Source: an uncultured Chloroflexia bacterium (GTDB taxonomy: Bacteria > Chloroflexota > Limnocylindria > Limnocylindrales > CSP1-4). Taken from it: DNA of 64,000 nucleotides. The notes below the pieces were generated by a model, which searched no databases, was not told where the DNA came from, and saw only the letters and a list, made by a program, of their open reading frames with translations. Position numbers and translations under genes: made by a program. The stretch is taken from positions 336,817-400,816 of the forward strand of contig CAVRZZ010000003.1 of the NCBI GenBank assembly GCA_963725875.1. The letters run 5' to 3'. This document shows positions 35,250 to 44,841 of this stretch, in pieces (within the stretch, counting starts at the first letter, position 1; the number at the start of each line of letters is the position of its first letter).

Positions 35250-35681
35250 TCAGGCGGTCGGCGCCTCCACCTTGAGGCCCTCACGCTCGGCGGCCAGGGC
35301 CAGCCGGTCGTCGAGCGTGACCAGCACGAGCGACGCGGGATGGCCCTCCGATGCTGCCAGGGCGGCGGCGAGCTGCAGCGCGTCCCCGGCGCGCAGGGCG
35401 TGAACGCGCAACAACCGCGACGCCAGGGCTCGCACCTGCTCCGACGGCTGGACCTCAGCCCAGGCCAGCTCGAGTGCGTCGAGCCGCTCGTACGCCTGGC
35501 GCGTCGCGACCGGGTCCAGGGCGCCCTCGCGCTCGAGTCGAGCGAGGGCCGACACGCACTCGATCGCCGTGCCCCACCACGTGATCACCTGCGGGTCGGC
35601 CTCGAAGCCCGCCGCGGCCGACGCGCTCGTCGCCTCGTGGACGAGCAGCGGGACCAGGGCGGACGTGTCCCAGAACCTCAC
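35250..35681 (-). CDS. vapC: Type II toxin VapC (PIN-domain ribonuclease)
   Basis: 'MRFWDTSALVPLL' is a PIN N-terminus with the conserved Asp. Size and the overlap with the upstream antitoxin fit a VapBC pair. Confidence 0.75.
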   Translation of the reverse strand: MRFWDTSALVPLLVHEATSASAAAGFEADPQVITWWGTAIECVSALARLEREGALDPVATRQAYERLDALELAWAEVQPSEQVRALASRLLRVHALRAGDALQLAAALAASEGHPASLVLVTLDDRLALAAEREGLKVEAPTA

Positions 35682-35971
35682 CAGCCCGACCGTCGCTCTT
35701 CCAGGACCACGTCGACGATGCTCCTGGCCTCGCGGGGCCGAGGCGCGGGCGAGCGGAGGAGCTCGACCGGCGGTGCGGCGCGGCCGACCCGCACGGCGCC
35801 GGCCCGTTCGAGACGCGCGAGGCGCCCGGCCGGGTCCGGCCCCACCGCTGCCGGCTCGAGACGCGCGACCACGACCCCGCGGTCTGTGACGAGAACGCTC
35901 TCGCCGGCCCGGACGTGGTCGACATAGGCGCTCAGGCCGTTCTTGAGCTGGCTGATCGAAGCGGTCTTCAT
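35678..35971 (-). CDS. Type II antitoxin (Phd/YefM-like), VapB partner
   Basis: 'MKTASISQLKNGLSAYVDHVRAGESVLVTDRGVVVARLE', 97 aa. 4-nt overlap with vapC. Confidence 0.7.
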   Translation of the reverse strand: MKTASISQLKNGLSAYVDHVRAGESVLVTDRGVVVARLEPAAVGPDPAGRLARLERAGAVRVGRAAPPVELLRSPAPRPREARSIVDVVLEERRSGW

Positions 35972-36066
35972 GTGGCTAGTATGGCCATGTCCACGTGGCC
36001 TGTCTAGAGTCGTGCGTCCACGTGGCACCTGACGGGCACCGTGCCTGCCGTCGCGGGGGCACGCTT

Positions 36067-36822
36067 CTACGGTCGCGGGGGCACCGTGCCGACGTGGATC
36101 GTGACGATGCCGCCCGACATCCCGATCCAGCGGGTCCCCACGAGACCCGCCTCGCGCATGACCTCGGCAATCCGCTCCGGTGCCGGGTAGTTCTGGACGC
36201 TGCGCACGAGGTAGGCATAGGCGCCGCCCTGCCCGGCGACCTTCCCGATGAGGGGCACGATCCGGTCGAACCACCAGCGCATGACGCGGGCGAGACGGCT
36301 CCGCGGCCGGGCGATCTCGAGGCACACGACCTTGCCTCCCGGGCGGACGACCCGGGCCATCTCCGCGAACCCCTTCGCGTAGTCGGGCAGGTTGCGCATC
36401 CCGAACGCGATCGTGGCGGCGTCGAAGCCGTCGTCGGCCGCCGGCAGGGCCAGCGCGTCGCCGACCACGAACGTAAGCCCCGGCTGACCATCGTACCGGT
36501 TTCGGGCGACGCCGATCATCCCGGGGCTCAGGTCCACCCCGAGGACCTCGCCGCCCGGCTGGGCCGAGCGCAGGAGGTCGGCCGCCACCTTGCCGGTGCC
36601 GGTCGCGACGTCGATCGCGCGCCCGCCGGCCCTGAGCCCGGCGAACGCGACCGCCCGCCTCCGCCAGCGCGGCTCCTGGAACGCGCTGACGACCAGGTTC
36701 ATCGGGTCGTAGACGCCGCTGATCCGGTCGAACATCGCGCCGACCTCGGCGGGCGCGGCGGCGTTGCCGCGCTCGGTGGCGAGGCCGGACGGGGCACCGT
36801 CGCGCGGGTCGGGGGTGGTCAT
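36067..36822 (-). CDS. ubiE: Demethylmenaquinone methyltransferase (UbiE/MenG, class I SAM methyltransferase)
   Basis: 'VLGVDLSPGMI', 'VVGDALALP', 'FDAATIAFGMRNLPD', 'PGGKVVCLE'. AGGAG 9 nt upstream. Start overlaps the menE stop. Confidence 0.9.
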   Translation of the reverse strand: MTTPDPRDGAPSGLATERGNAAAPAEVGAMFDRISGVYDPMNLVVSAFQEPRWRRRAVAFAGLRAGGRAIDVATGTGKVAADLLRSAQPGGEVLGVDLSPGMIGVARNRYDGQPGLTFVVGDALALPAADDGFDAATIAFGMRNLPDYAKGFAEMARVVRPGGKVVCLEIARPRSRLARVMRWWFDRIVPLIGKVAGQGGAYAYLVRSVQNYPAPERIAEVMREAGLVGTRWIGMSGGIVTIHVGTVPPRP

Positions 36823-39110
36823 GCGAGTCTCTCCTGGGGCTGCGGCGGGCGGGCGGGCGGCCCGGGGTGTGCGGATCCCGGCGGCCCGGGCGGTGTGGAT
36901 GCGGGAGCCGCGGGGAGCGCCAGCGCCTCGCGCAGGGCGGCCGCGATCGGCACGGGATCGGTGATCGGCGCGGTATGGCGTAGCCCCGGCAGGTCGCGGC
37001 GGCGCGCGCCGGGGATCCGGGCCGCGAGCGCGTCGGCGATCGGGGCATAGAAGGGCTCCGACGACGCCCCGGCCAGGATCGTGACCGGGCAGGCGATGCC
37101 GGCGAGCCCGGCGGGGTCGACTCCCTCCATCGCCGCGTCGGCCACCGCGCCGCCGCCCTCCTCCTCGAGGAACGCCCGGGACCGCTCCGGCAGCGCCTCC
37201 CAGGCGCCGGGGCCGGCCACGCCGCGCATGAACGCGCGGGCGGCGGCCGCGGCCCCGCCGCGCGCCAGCGCCTCCGTCGTGGCCTGCGCCACCCGCGCGA
37301 AGGCGCGCCGGGCCCGCTCGCCGGCAACCGGTCCGTACGGCGGCTCGTAGGCGACGACCGCGGCCACGCGCTCCGGGAGGCGCGCCGCCGCCTCGAGCGC
37401 CACGACGCCCCCGAAGCTGTGCCCGAGCAGGACCGCGCGGTCGACCCCCTCCACGTCGAGGAGCGCGGCCAGGTCGGCCACGTGCTCCGCGATCGAGACC
37501 GCGCGCGGTGGATCGAGACGCCGGTGGCCGCTGCCCAGCCGATCGGGGGCCAGGACGCGCAGGTCGCCCGGTGCGGCGAGCGCTCGTGCGAGCGGCGCCA
37601 GCTGGCGACCCGTGGAGAGCGTCGCGTGGAGGACGACGACGGCCGGCGTGAGTCGGTCGCGGAGCTCGCCGCGCCGCAGCTTGCCGGCCGCGGTGCGCGG
37701 CAGCGCGTCGAGGCGGACGAAGGCGGCCGGCACTTCGTACGGGGCCAGCCGCTCGCGGCACCAGGCCCGGAGCCGCTCGTCGCCGGGGTCGCCCGGGTCG
37801 CCTGCGCCCTCGCGGAGGACGATGCCGGCCACCGGCACGGCGCCCCAGGTCGCGTCCGGCCGGCCGGCGACGCCGGCCTCGACGACGGCCGGGTGGGCCT
37901 CGATGACGGCCTCCACCTGCGCCGGGTAGACGTTCTCACCACCGCTGACGACGAGGTCGGCCCGCCGGTCGGCGACGAAGAGCCGCGCCGCCGCGTCGAG
38001 ACGTCCGAGGTCGCCCGTCCGCAGCCAGCCGTCCAGGGTGAAGGCCGCCGCGGTCCCCGCCTCGAGCCCGAGGTAGCCGCCGAACGCCGCCGGCGTCCGG
38101 ACCTGGATCTCCCCGACCCCGTCCGCGCCCGGCTCGGCGATCCGGACAACGACCCCGGGCAGGGGCCGGCCGGCGGAATCCGGCAGGACGGCGGCTTCCC
38201 CGGCCGGCAGCGCCGTCACGCCCGAGCCGGCCTCGGTGAGGCCGTAGGTCGGGACCACCGGCCAGCCCGCGGCTGTCGCCCGCCGCACGAGGTCCGGCGA
38301 GATCGGGGCCCCGCCCAGCAGCACGGCCCGCAGGGTCGTCGGCAGTCGCTCGCCCGCGGCGGCGGCCAGGAGCCGCTCGAGCTGCGCGGGGACGAGCGAG
38401 ACGTGGCTCGGGGCGTTGGGCTCGCCGAGCGCGGCGAGCACCGCGGCCGCGTCGAACGGGTCGACGACGTGGAGCGGCACGCCTGCGCCGACGGCCCGCC
38501 ACGCCACCCCGAGCCCGGCGACGTGGGCAAGGCCGAGGCACAGGAGCCAGCCGGTCGCCGGCGGGAGCGCGGCAGCCCAGGCGAGGGCGCTGGCGGCCAG
38601 CGAGGCATGGGAGAGGATCGCCGCCCGTGGCGTGCCGGTGGTTCCCGAGGTGAGGACGGCGACCGCCGGGGCGGCCGGATCCACGGGGATCGCGCGGCGG
38701 TCGCCGACCCGGGCGCCGGCGACGAGGCCCGCCGGGTCGCGCGCGGGCACGCCGTGACCGGCTGCCGCGGCCGCCAGCCCGGGGTCGTGGACGAGCAGCC
38801 GGGGCGCGGCCGCCGTCAGGGCCGCGGCGATCTGCGGGCGGGCGAGGCGCGTCCCGAGCGGGACGGCGACGGCGCCGGCCCGGCCGATCGCCGCGAGGAG
38901 CGCGACGGCCCCGGCCGACGGGCCGGCGAGGAGCGCCACCCGGTCGCCGGGCTCGATCCCGGCCGCCTGCAAGCCGGCGGCCGCGAGGTCGGCCAGCCGA
39001 TCGACTTCCGCCCAGGGGTGGTCGCCGGCAGCGTCGCGCACCGCGAGGGCACGCGGTCGCGCAGCCGCATGCCGCCGGAGATCGAGGGCGAGGATCGGCC
39101 CGAGGCTCAC
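36819..39110 (-). CDS. menE: o-Succinylbenzoate-CoA ligase (MenE) fused in frame to a C-terminal alpha/beta-hydrolase domain
   Basis: AMP-binding motifs 'LTSGTTGTPRAAIL', 'TYGLTEAGSG', 'GWLRTGDLGRLD', 'PRTAAGKLRRGELRDRL'. The frame then continues without a stop into 'VVLHATLSTG...LLGHSFGGVVALEAAARLP' (GxSxG nucleophile elbow). About 763 aa in total. GTG start overlaps the menC stop (GTGA). Confidence 0.85.
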   Translation of the reverse strand: MSLGPILALDLRRHAAARPRALAVRDAAGDHPWAEVDRLADLAAAGLQAAGIEPGDRVALLAGPSAGAVALLAAIGRAGAVAVPLGTRLARPQIAAALTAAAPRLLVHDPGLAAAAAGHGVPARDPAGLVAGARVGDRRAIPVDPAAPAVAVLTSGTTGTPRAAILSHASLAASALAWAAALPPATGWLLCLGLAHVAGLGVAWRAVGAGVPLHVVDPFDAAAVLAALGEPNAPSHVSLVPAQLERLLAAAAGERLPTTLRAVLLGGAPISPDLVRRATAAGWPVVPTYGLTEAGSGVTALPAGEAAVLPDSAGRPLPGVVVRIAEPGADGVGEIQVRTPAAFGGYLGLEAGTAAAFTLDGWLRTGDLGRLDAAARLFVADRRADLVVSGGENVYPAQVEAVIEAHPAVVEAGVAGRPDATWGAVPVAGIVLREGAGDPGDPGDERLRAWCRERLAPYEVPAAFVRLDALPRTAAGKLRRGELRDRLTPAVVVLHATLSTGRQLAPLARALAAPGDLRVLAPDRLGSGHRRLDPPRAVSIAEHVADLAALLDVEGVDRAVLLGHSFGGVVALEAAARLPERVAAVVAYEPPYGPVAGERARRAFARVAQATTEALARGGAAAAARAFMRGVAGPGAWEALPERSRAFLEEEGGGAVADAAMEGVDPAGLAGIACPVTILAGASSEPFYAPIADALAARIPGARRRDLPGLRHTAPITDPVPIAAALREALALPAAPASTPPGPPGSAHPGPPARPPQPQERLA

Positions 39111-40276
39111 CCGGCCGCCTCCACGACCTCGACCGCGAACCGCCGCAGGGCCGCGTCGTCGAGGGCGATCCCGAGGCCGCCGGTGCCCACCCCGCCGGGC
39201 GCTGCCAGCCGGCCGTCCTCGACGAGCAGCGGCGTCCGGAGCAGGTCGTGCTCGAGGAGGCCGGCCGTCGCGAGGCCATGCGGGAGCGGGCCGGCAGCGC
39301 CGCGCCACCGGACTGCCGGCAGCGCCGCGGCGGCGGCCCGGGCGGCCGCCACGCCGATCCCCGTCTCGAACAGCGTGGAGAGGACCACGGGCACGCCGCG
39401 CGCCGCGGCCCCCGCGGCAATCTCCGCCACCGCGACCGGGCCGCCGACCCGTGCCGGCTTCACGACCAGGACGTCGGCCGCCTCGGCAGCCAGGACGGCG
39501 CGCGCGCCTCCCGGCGAGTAGACCGCCTCGTCGGCGGCGATCGGGACCGCGACCCGGCGGCGCAGCTCGGCCGCGCCCTCCGTGTCGTCCGCCGCGAGCG
39601 GCTGCTCGGCGTACTCGAGGTCGAACCGCGCCACCGCCTCCAGGCGGTCCTCGGCCGTCGCGAGGTCCCAGGCCCCGTTGACGTCGAGCCGGAGCCGGAT
39701 CTCGGGGCCGACGGCCTGCCGGATCGCGCGAACACGCGCAACGAGGTCCTCGGTCTCGCGCTCGGCGCCGGCCTTGAGCTTGAGGGTCCGGAAGCCCGCC
39801 TCCATCGCCTGGAGGGCAGCTTCGGCACCTTCGCGGGGAGCGGCGAACCCGATCGTGCCGTTGACGGGGACGGCGGCCCCGTCGGGGTCGAGCGCCAGGT
39901 CGAGCCTTGCGGCGTCGAGGGCCGCCCGGAAGGCCCGGCCCGGCCCACCCAGCAGCTCCAGCTCCTCCGGGTCCGGGAGATCCCCCTCGCGAGCGCCGCC
40001 GGTCGCATCCCGGATCGCCCGCGCCAGGATCGTCTCCTCGACCTCGGTCGCGTCGGGCTCGAGGACCGCCTCGCCGGCCGCGAGCCGGCCGTCGGCACCC
40101 TCCAACAGCACGATCCACGCCTCGCGGTGGAGCCACATCCCGGTGGCGGTGGCGAACGGCCGCCGGAACGGAACGCGGACGCGGAGCGCGGAGAGGCCGC
40201 CGACCTTCACCGCCTCGAGGAGGTCGCGCAGGGCGGCGGCATCGCCCGGGTGGGCCCGCTCCCGGGTGTCGCTCAT
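39107..40276 (-). CDS. menC: o-Succinylbenzoate synthase (MenC, enolase superfamily)
   Basis: 'LKLKAG', 'LRLDVNGAW', 'LEYAEQP', 'ADEAV', and its position in the men operon. Confidence 0.9.
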   Translation of the reverse strand: MSDTRERAHPGDAAALRDLLEAVKVGGLSALRVRVPFRRPFATATGMWLHREAWIVLLEGADGRLAAGEAVLEPDATEVEETILARAIRDATGGAREGDLPDPEELELLGGPGRAFRAALDAARLDLALDPDGAAVPVNGTIGFAAPREGAEAALQAMEAGFRTLKLKAGAERETEDLVARVRAIRQAVGPEIRLRLDVNGAWDLATAEDRLEAVARFDLEYAEQPLAADDTEGAAELRRRVAVPIAADEAVYSPGGARAVLAAEAADVLVVKPARVGGPVAVAEIAAGAAARGVPVVLSTLFETGIGVAAARAAAAALPAVRWRGAAGPLPHGLATAGLLEHDLLRTPLLVEDGRLAAPGGVGTGGLGIALDDAALRRFAVEVVEAAG

Positions 40277-41235
40277 GTCGCGGGGCCCCCGATCTGCACC
40301 CCGGCGAGGGCCAGGCCGGCCCCGAAGAGCACGCCGAAGACGAGCGCCAGCCGCGCCGTGCCCTTGAGCACCGCGTTCAGCTCGCCCGGCCGCTCGAAGT
40401 CGCGGACGGTCCGCATGAGGGACACCGCGAGTGGCAGGGTGAGGAGCGGCAGGCCCTGGACGAGGGCCGGGAGGCCGCCACCGGCTGCCAGCCCGGCCGC
40501 GGCGAGGGCCGCCGGGACGGCGAAGGCGATGCCCAGCAAGAGCGCGTACTCGAGCGCCGTGCGCTCCCGGCCGAGGATGACGGCGAGCGTACGCTTGCCG
40601 GCCGTGGCATCGGTCGGGATGTCGCGCAGGTTGTTCACGACGAGGATCGCGGTGACCAGCGCCCCGACCGGGATGGCCGCGAGGAAGAAGAGCGGGTTGA
40701 GGCGCAGGGCCTGGAGATAGGCCGTGCCGGCCACAGCGACGAGCCCGAAGAAGATGAAGACGAAGACCTCGCCGAGGGCCCGGTAGCCGTACGGGAAGGG
40801 CCCGCCCGTGTAGGCCAGCGCGGCGACGATGGCCAGCGCCCCGAGCGCCAGGATCACCGGCCCGCCCACGACCACCAGCCACAGCCCCACGAGGCCGGCG
40901 ATGGCGATGACGAGCCCGATCGCGACCTCCAGCTGGCGTTCGGTGACGAGGCCCGAGGCGGCCACCCGCGTCGGGCCGGCGCGATCGGGCGTGTCGGCGC
41001 CGCGGCGGTGATCCGAGAGGTCGTTGGCGAGGTTCGCAAGCACCTGGAGCAGCAGGGCCACCGCGAGGCATCCGAGCGCGGTGTCGAGGCGGAACGGCGT
41101 CCCGACCGCGAGCGCGGCCCCGAGCCCGACCACGACCCCAGACGCGGCCGCCGGCAGGGTCGCCGGGCGGATCGCGAGGAGCCAGATGCGGAGCGCGGAC
41201 GGGCGATCGACCCGCGGCGAGGACCCGCTGCTCAC
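40273..41235 (-). CDS. menA: 1,4-dihydroxy-2-naphthoate polyprenyltransferase (MenA, UbiA family)
   Basis: Polytopic membrane protein. '[11 protein letters not shown]' Asp-rich motif. GTG start overlaps the menB stop. Confidence 0.85.
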   Translation of the reverse strand: MSSGSSPRVDRPSALRIWLLAIRPATLPAAASGVVVGLGAALAVGTPFRLDTALGCLAVALLLQVLANLANDLSDHRRGADTPDRAGPTRVAASGLVTERQLEVAIGLVIAIAGLVGLWLVVVGGPVILALGALAIVAALAYTGGPFPYGYRALGEVFVFIFFGLVAVAGTAYLQALRLNPLFFLAAIPVGALVTAILVVNNLRDIPTDATAGKRTLAVILGRERTALEYALLLGIAFAVPAALAAAGLAAGGGLPALVQGLPLLTLPLAVSLMRTVRDFERPGELNAVLKGTARLALVFGVLFGAGLALAGVQIGGPAT

Positions 41236-42080
41236 GGACGACGCGGGAACTTCGTGAAGTCCGGCCTCCGCTTCTCGAGGAAGGCGCGCGATCCCTCGTG
41301 CGCCTCGTCGGTCGTGTAGTACAGGCCGGTCGTGTTGCCGGCGAACTCCTGGAGCCCGGCCAGCCCGTCGGTCGCCACGAGGAAGGCCGACTTGAGGAAG
41401 CGGATCGCCGTCGGGCTCATGGCCAGGATCTCGTCGGCCCAGGCGACCCCCTCGGCCTCGAGATCGGCCAGCGAGACGACCCGGTTCACGAGCCCCATCC
41501 CCAGGGCCTCGTCGGCCGTGTACTGGCGGCACAGGAACCAGATCTCCTTGGCCTTCTTGTCGCCCACCAGCCGGGCCAGCAGGCCGATTCCGAAGCCGGC
41601 GTCGAAGCTGCCGACGCGGGGGCCGACCTGCCCGAAGACCGCGTTGTCGCTGGCGATCGAGAGGTCGCACACGACGTGGAGGACGTGGCCGCCGCCGATC
41701 GCGTAGCCGTTGACCAGGGCGATCACCGGCACCGGCAGCGACCGGATCTGGCGCTGCAGGTCGAGCACGTTGAGGCGGGCGATCCCGTCCTCGCCGACGT
41801 ACCCGCCGGCGTGGCTCTTGTAGTTCTGGTCACCGCCGGAGCAGAAGGCCGCGTCGCCCGCCCCGGTAAGCAGGACGCAGCCGATGGAGGGGTCGTCGCG
41901 GATCCGCGCGAAGGCGTCGATCAGCTCGGCGACGGTCTGCGGGCGGAAGGCGTTGCGGACCTCCGGCCGGTTGATCGTGACCTTCGCGATCCCGGTCCCG
42001 GAGTGCTCGTGGCGGATGTCGCGGTACTCCCGGACGGGGGTCCAGGTGACGGGCGACGGGGATGGGGCGGGCGTGGTCAT
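41232..42080 (-). CDS. menB: 1,4-dihydroxy-2-naphthoyl-CoA synthase (MenB, crotonase fold)
   Basis: '[15 protein letters not shown]', '[13 protein letters not shown]', '[22 protein letters not shown]', '[10 protein letters not shown]'. Confidence 0.95.
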   Translation of the reverse strand: MTTPAPSPSPVTWTPVREYRDIRHEHSGTGIAKVTINRPEVRNAFRPQTVAELIDAFARIRDDPSIGCVLLTGAGDAAFCSGGDQNYKSHAGGYVGEDGIARLNVLDLQRQIRSLPVPVIALVNGYAIGGGHVLHVVCDLSIASDNAVFGQVGPRVGSFDAGFGIGLLARLVGDKKAKEIWFLCRQYTADEALGMGLVNRVVSLADLEAEGVAWADEILAMSPTAIRFLKSAFLVATDGLAGLQEFAGNTTGLYYTTDEAHEGSRAFLEKRRPDFTKFPRRP

Positions 42081-43018
42081 GCGGCGGTCTCCAGGAGGAA
42101 GTCGAGGACGAGGGCGTGGAACCGGTCGGGTCGCTCGAGGTGCGGAGCGTGGCCCGCGCCGGCGACGACCGCGAGGCGCGCGCCGGGGATTGCCGCGGCG
42201 ACCTCCTCGGCCCGGGCCCGCGCGGGATCGGCGGCGCCGGCCACCACCAGCGTCGGGGCGGTGATCGCGGCGAGGCGGTCATGGAGCGGCTCCATCGCGC
42301 CCTGGCCGCCGTAGACGAGCGACGCAGCGAGGCCGAGCGGGGCGTTGGCGCGGCGGATCGCCGCCTGGCGGCTGCGGGCCGTGGCGGGGAGGGCCGCCTC
42401 GCCGGCGAGGACCGGCTCCGCCGCCCAGCGCGCGGCGAATGCCTCGATGCCCTCGGCCACGGCGAGCCGGGCCCACTCCGCGTCGGCGGCGGCGCGCTCG
42501 GCCCGTGCCGCGGGATCGGCGATCCCGGCGGACGGTGCCTCGAGCACCAGGCGCCGGACCAGCGGGGGGTGGGCCACGGCCAGGCGGAGGGCGATCCGGG
42601 CGCCCATCGAGTAGCCGACGACGTCCACGGGCCCGGCGCCGAGGCGCCGCACGAGCGAGGCCAGGTCGTCTGCCGTCCGCTCCACCGAGGTCCGGGGGCG
42701 GTCGTCGGGCGCGGCGGCGGCCGGCAGGCCCGCAGATGCCACGCCCGGGACGGCCGCGCCCGGGGCGGCCCCGCCCAGGGTGACCCCGTGCAAGGCGCCA
42801 GCCGCGACGGGCGCAACCGCGGTGGGGGCCCGAGCGACGTCGGCCTGCCAGCCCGTCCCCCCGTGGCCTGGCAGGTCGGGGACGATGGCCCGGACGCGGC
42901 TGCCCAGCCCCGCGATCGCGGCCCACGAGAGACCGCTGCCCGAGAAGCCGTGAAGGAACAGGACGGGCTGACCGTGGCCCGCGACCCGGACCGTCCAGCG
43001 CATCCCCGCGATCTGCAT
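42077..43018 (-). CDS. menH: 2-succinyl-6-hydroxy-2,4-cyclohexadiene-1-carboxylate synthase (MenH, alpha/beta hydrolase)
   Basis: '[13 protein letters not shown]', '[11 protein letters not shown]', C-terminal '[11 protein letters not shown]'. Sits between menD and menB. Confidence 0.8.
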   Translation of the reverse strand: MQIAGMRWTVRVAGHGQPVLFLHGFSGSGLSWAAIAGLGSRVRAIVPDLPGHGGTGWQADVARAPTAVAPVAAGALHGVTLGGAAPGAAVPGVASAGLPAAAAPDDRPRTSVERTADDLASLVRRLGAGPVDVVGYSMGARIALRLAVAHPPLVRRLVLEAPSAGIADPAARAERAAADAEWARLAVAEGIEAFAARWAAEPVLAGEAALPATARSRQAAIRRANAPLGLAASLVYGGQGAMEPLHDRLAAITAPTLVVAGAADPARARAEEVAAAIPGARLAVVAGAGHAPHLERPDRFHALVLDFLLETAA

Positions 43019-43032
43019 CCGCAGGCGCTCGC

Positions 43033-44841
43033 TCACGGGGCCGTCTCCCCCGGGTCCCCGTCGAGCAGCTCGGCGAGCGCGGCCTGTACCGCGGCCGCAG
43101 CTTCGCGGTGAAGGGCGACGTTGCGGGCCCGCTCGGTCCGAAGCTCGAGGACCTGGATGCCCGGCGTCGCCAGCGAGGCTTCGAGTGAGGGACGCAGCTC
43201 GGCCGGTCCGACCCGCCGGTGCTCGGCCCCAAGCGCCGTCACCGCCGGCCCGAGGTCGATCCCGTGCGGCGTGCCGAAGAGCTCCTCGAAGTGGGCCGGC
43301 AGGCCGGCCGCCGGCACCGACGCCGTGGCCTGGGGCAGGAACGAGAAGATCCCGCCGCCGTCGTTGGCGATCGCCACGATCGTCGCGGAGAGGCCGTGCA
43401 GGCGCGCCGCCACGAGGGCGGTGAGGTCGTGGAGCAGGGCAACGTCGCCGATCACGAGCGCCGTCGGCGCCCCGGCGGCGGCCGCGCCGAGCGCCGACGA
43501 GAGCACGCCGTCGATCCCGTTGGCGCCCCGGTTGGCGAGCGGCCGGATGGCGCGCGGCCCGGCCGGCAGCCAGGCGTCCATGTCGCGCACGGGCATCGAG
43601 CTGCTGGCCCACAGGATGCCGCCGTCGGGCAGGAGGTCGCCGAGGATGGCGAACGGGGCGCCCTCGAACGCCTCGCCGGACCCGGTGAGCCCGGCGAGCC
43701 AGCCGCGCAGCGCCCGGTCTGCGGCGCGATCCGCGGCGAGCCAGCGGTCGAGCCACGCGCTCCGGCGCGCCGGACTCGGCCGGAGGCGGCTCCCGGCCGT
43801 GCGGCGGTCGTCCCCGGCGAGCGCGTCGGCGAGCGCGTGCGCCGTCGTGGTCGCGTCGGCTTGGACCATCGTCGCCGGGACGATCGCCGGCTCGCGCCAG
43901 CCCGCCTCGCCGTCGACGACGACAAGGTCCGGACGGCGCTCCTCCAGCAGGGTGAGCAGCGCCTTGGAGGTGGACATCGCCCCGAAGCGGAGGACGAGGT
44001 CTGGCTCGTTCGCCTCGCGCCACGGCCCGGGGCGCATGAGCTGGTCGCCGCGCGCCATCACGAGGGATCGGTCGTGCGGGCCGCACCGCGCCAGCGAGAG
44101 CGGATCCGCAAGGACCGGCCAGCGCAGGGCCGCGGCGAGGCGACCCAGCGCGGCCGGAAGGGCGGGGTCGTCCTGCGGCCCCGCTGCGATGAGGCCGCGC
44201 TCGACGCGGGCGAGCCGGCGGGCCAGGTCCTCCGCGTCGCCGTCCGCGAGCACGCGCCGGCCGGCAACGACCCGGATGGACGGCTCGCCCGGCAGCGGGC
44301 CCAGCGGCCCGTCCGGGACGAGCGGCTCGCGGAACGGGACGTTGAGGTGGACGGGGCCGGCCGGGCCGGCCGCGGCGGTGACGACGGCGCGGGCCGCGAC
44401 ACCCGCGACGTGGCGCCGCGTGACGTCCTCGCCGTCGAGGAGCGGCAGGTCGGCGAACCACTTCGCGTGGGTGCCGAAGAGCCCCACCTGGTCGATCGTC
44501 TGCGGGGCGCCGCGGTCGCGCAGCTCCGGCGGCCGATCCGCGGTGAGGATCACCAGCGGCACCCTGCCCAGGGAGGCCTCGACGACAGCCGGCAGGAGGT
44601 TCGCCGCGGCCGTGCCGGAGGTCGTGAGGACCGCCACGGGCCGCCGGCCGGCCTTCGCGATCCCGAGCGCGAAAAAGCCTGCGCTCCGCTCGTCGAGCAG
44701 GACCCGGACGCGGATCCCGGGGTGGGCGCGCAATGCCAGGGCGAGCGGCATGGAGCGGGAGCCCGGGCAGACGACCGCGTCGGCGACGCCCGCCGCGGCG
44801 AGCTCGTCGACGAACCCGCGCAGGGCGAGGGTGTCGGTCAT
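43033..44841 (-). CDS. menD: 2-succinyl-5-enolpyruvyl-6-hydroxy-3-cyclohexene-1-carboxylate synthase (MenD, ThDP enzyme)
   Basis: 'AVVCPGSRSMPLALAL', 'LLDERSAGFFALGIAKA', 'GNDGGGIFSFLPQ'. Strong SD (GGAGGAGGCGGAGG) before the ATG at 44841. Confidence 0.9.
   Translation of the reverse strand: MTDTLALRGFVDELAAAGVADAVVCPGSRSMPLALALRAHPGIRVRVLLDERSAGFFALGIAKAGRRPVAVLTTSGTAAANLLPAVVEASLGRVPLVILTADRPPELRDRGAPQTIDQVGLFGTHAKWFADLPLLDGEDVTRRHVAGVAARAVVTAAAGPAGPVHLNVPFREPLVPDGPLGPLPGEPSIRVVAGRRVLADGDAEDLARRLARVERGLIAAGPQDDPALPAALGRLAAALRWPVLADPLSLARCGPHDRSLVMARGDQLMRPGPWREANEPDLVLRFGAMSTSKALLTLLEERRPDLVVVDGEAGWREPAIVPATMVQADATTTAHALADALAGDDRRTAGSRLRPSPARRSAWLDRWLAADRAADRALRGWLAGLTGSGEAFEGAPFAILGDLLPDGGILWASSSMPVRDMDAWLPAGPRAIRPLANRGANGIDGVLSSALGAAAAGAPTALVIGDVALLHDLTALVAARLHGLSATIVAIANDGGGIFSFLPQATASVPAAGLPAHFEELFGTPHGIDLGPAVTALGAEHRRVGPAELRPSLEASLATPGIQVLELRTERARNVALHREAAAAVQAALAELLDGDPGETAP

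Noticed and set aside
36819-40136. 1105-aa ORF treated as one protein
   Set aside because: The N-terminal 342 codons are Arg/Gly-rich junk antisense to menC. The real menE starts at the GTG overlapping the menC stop (39110).
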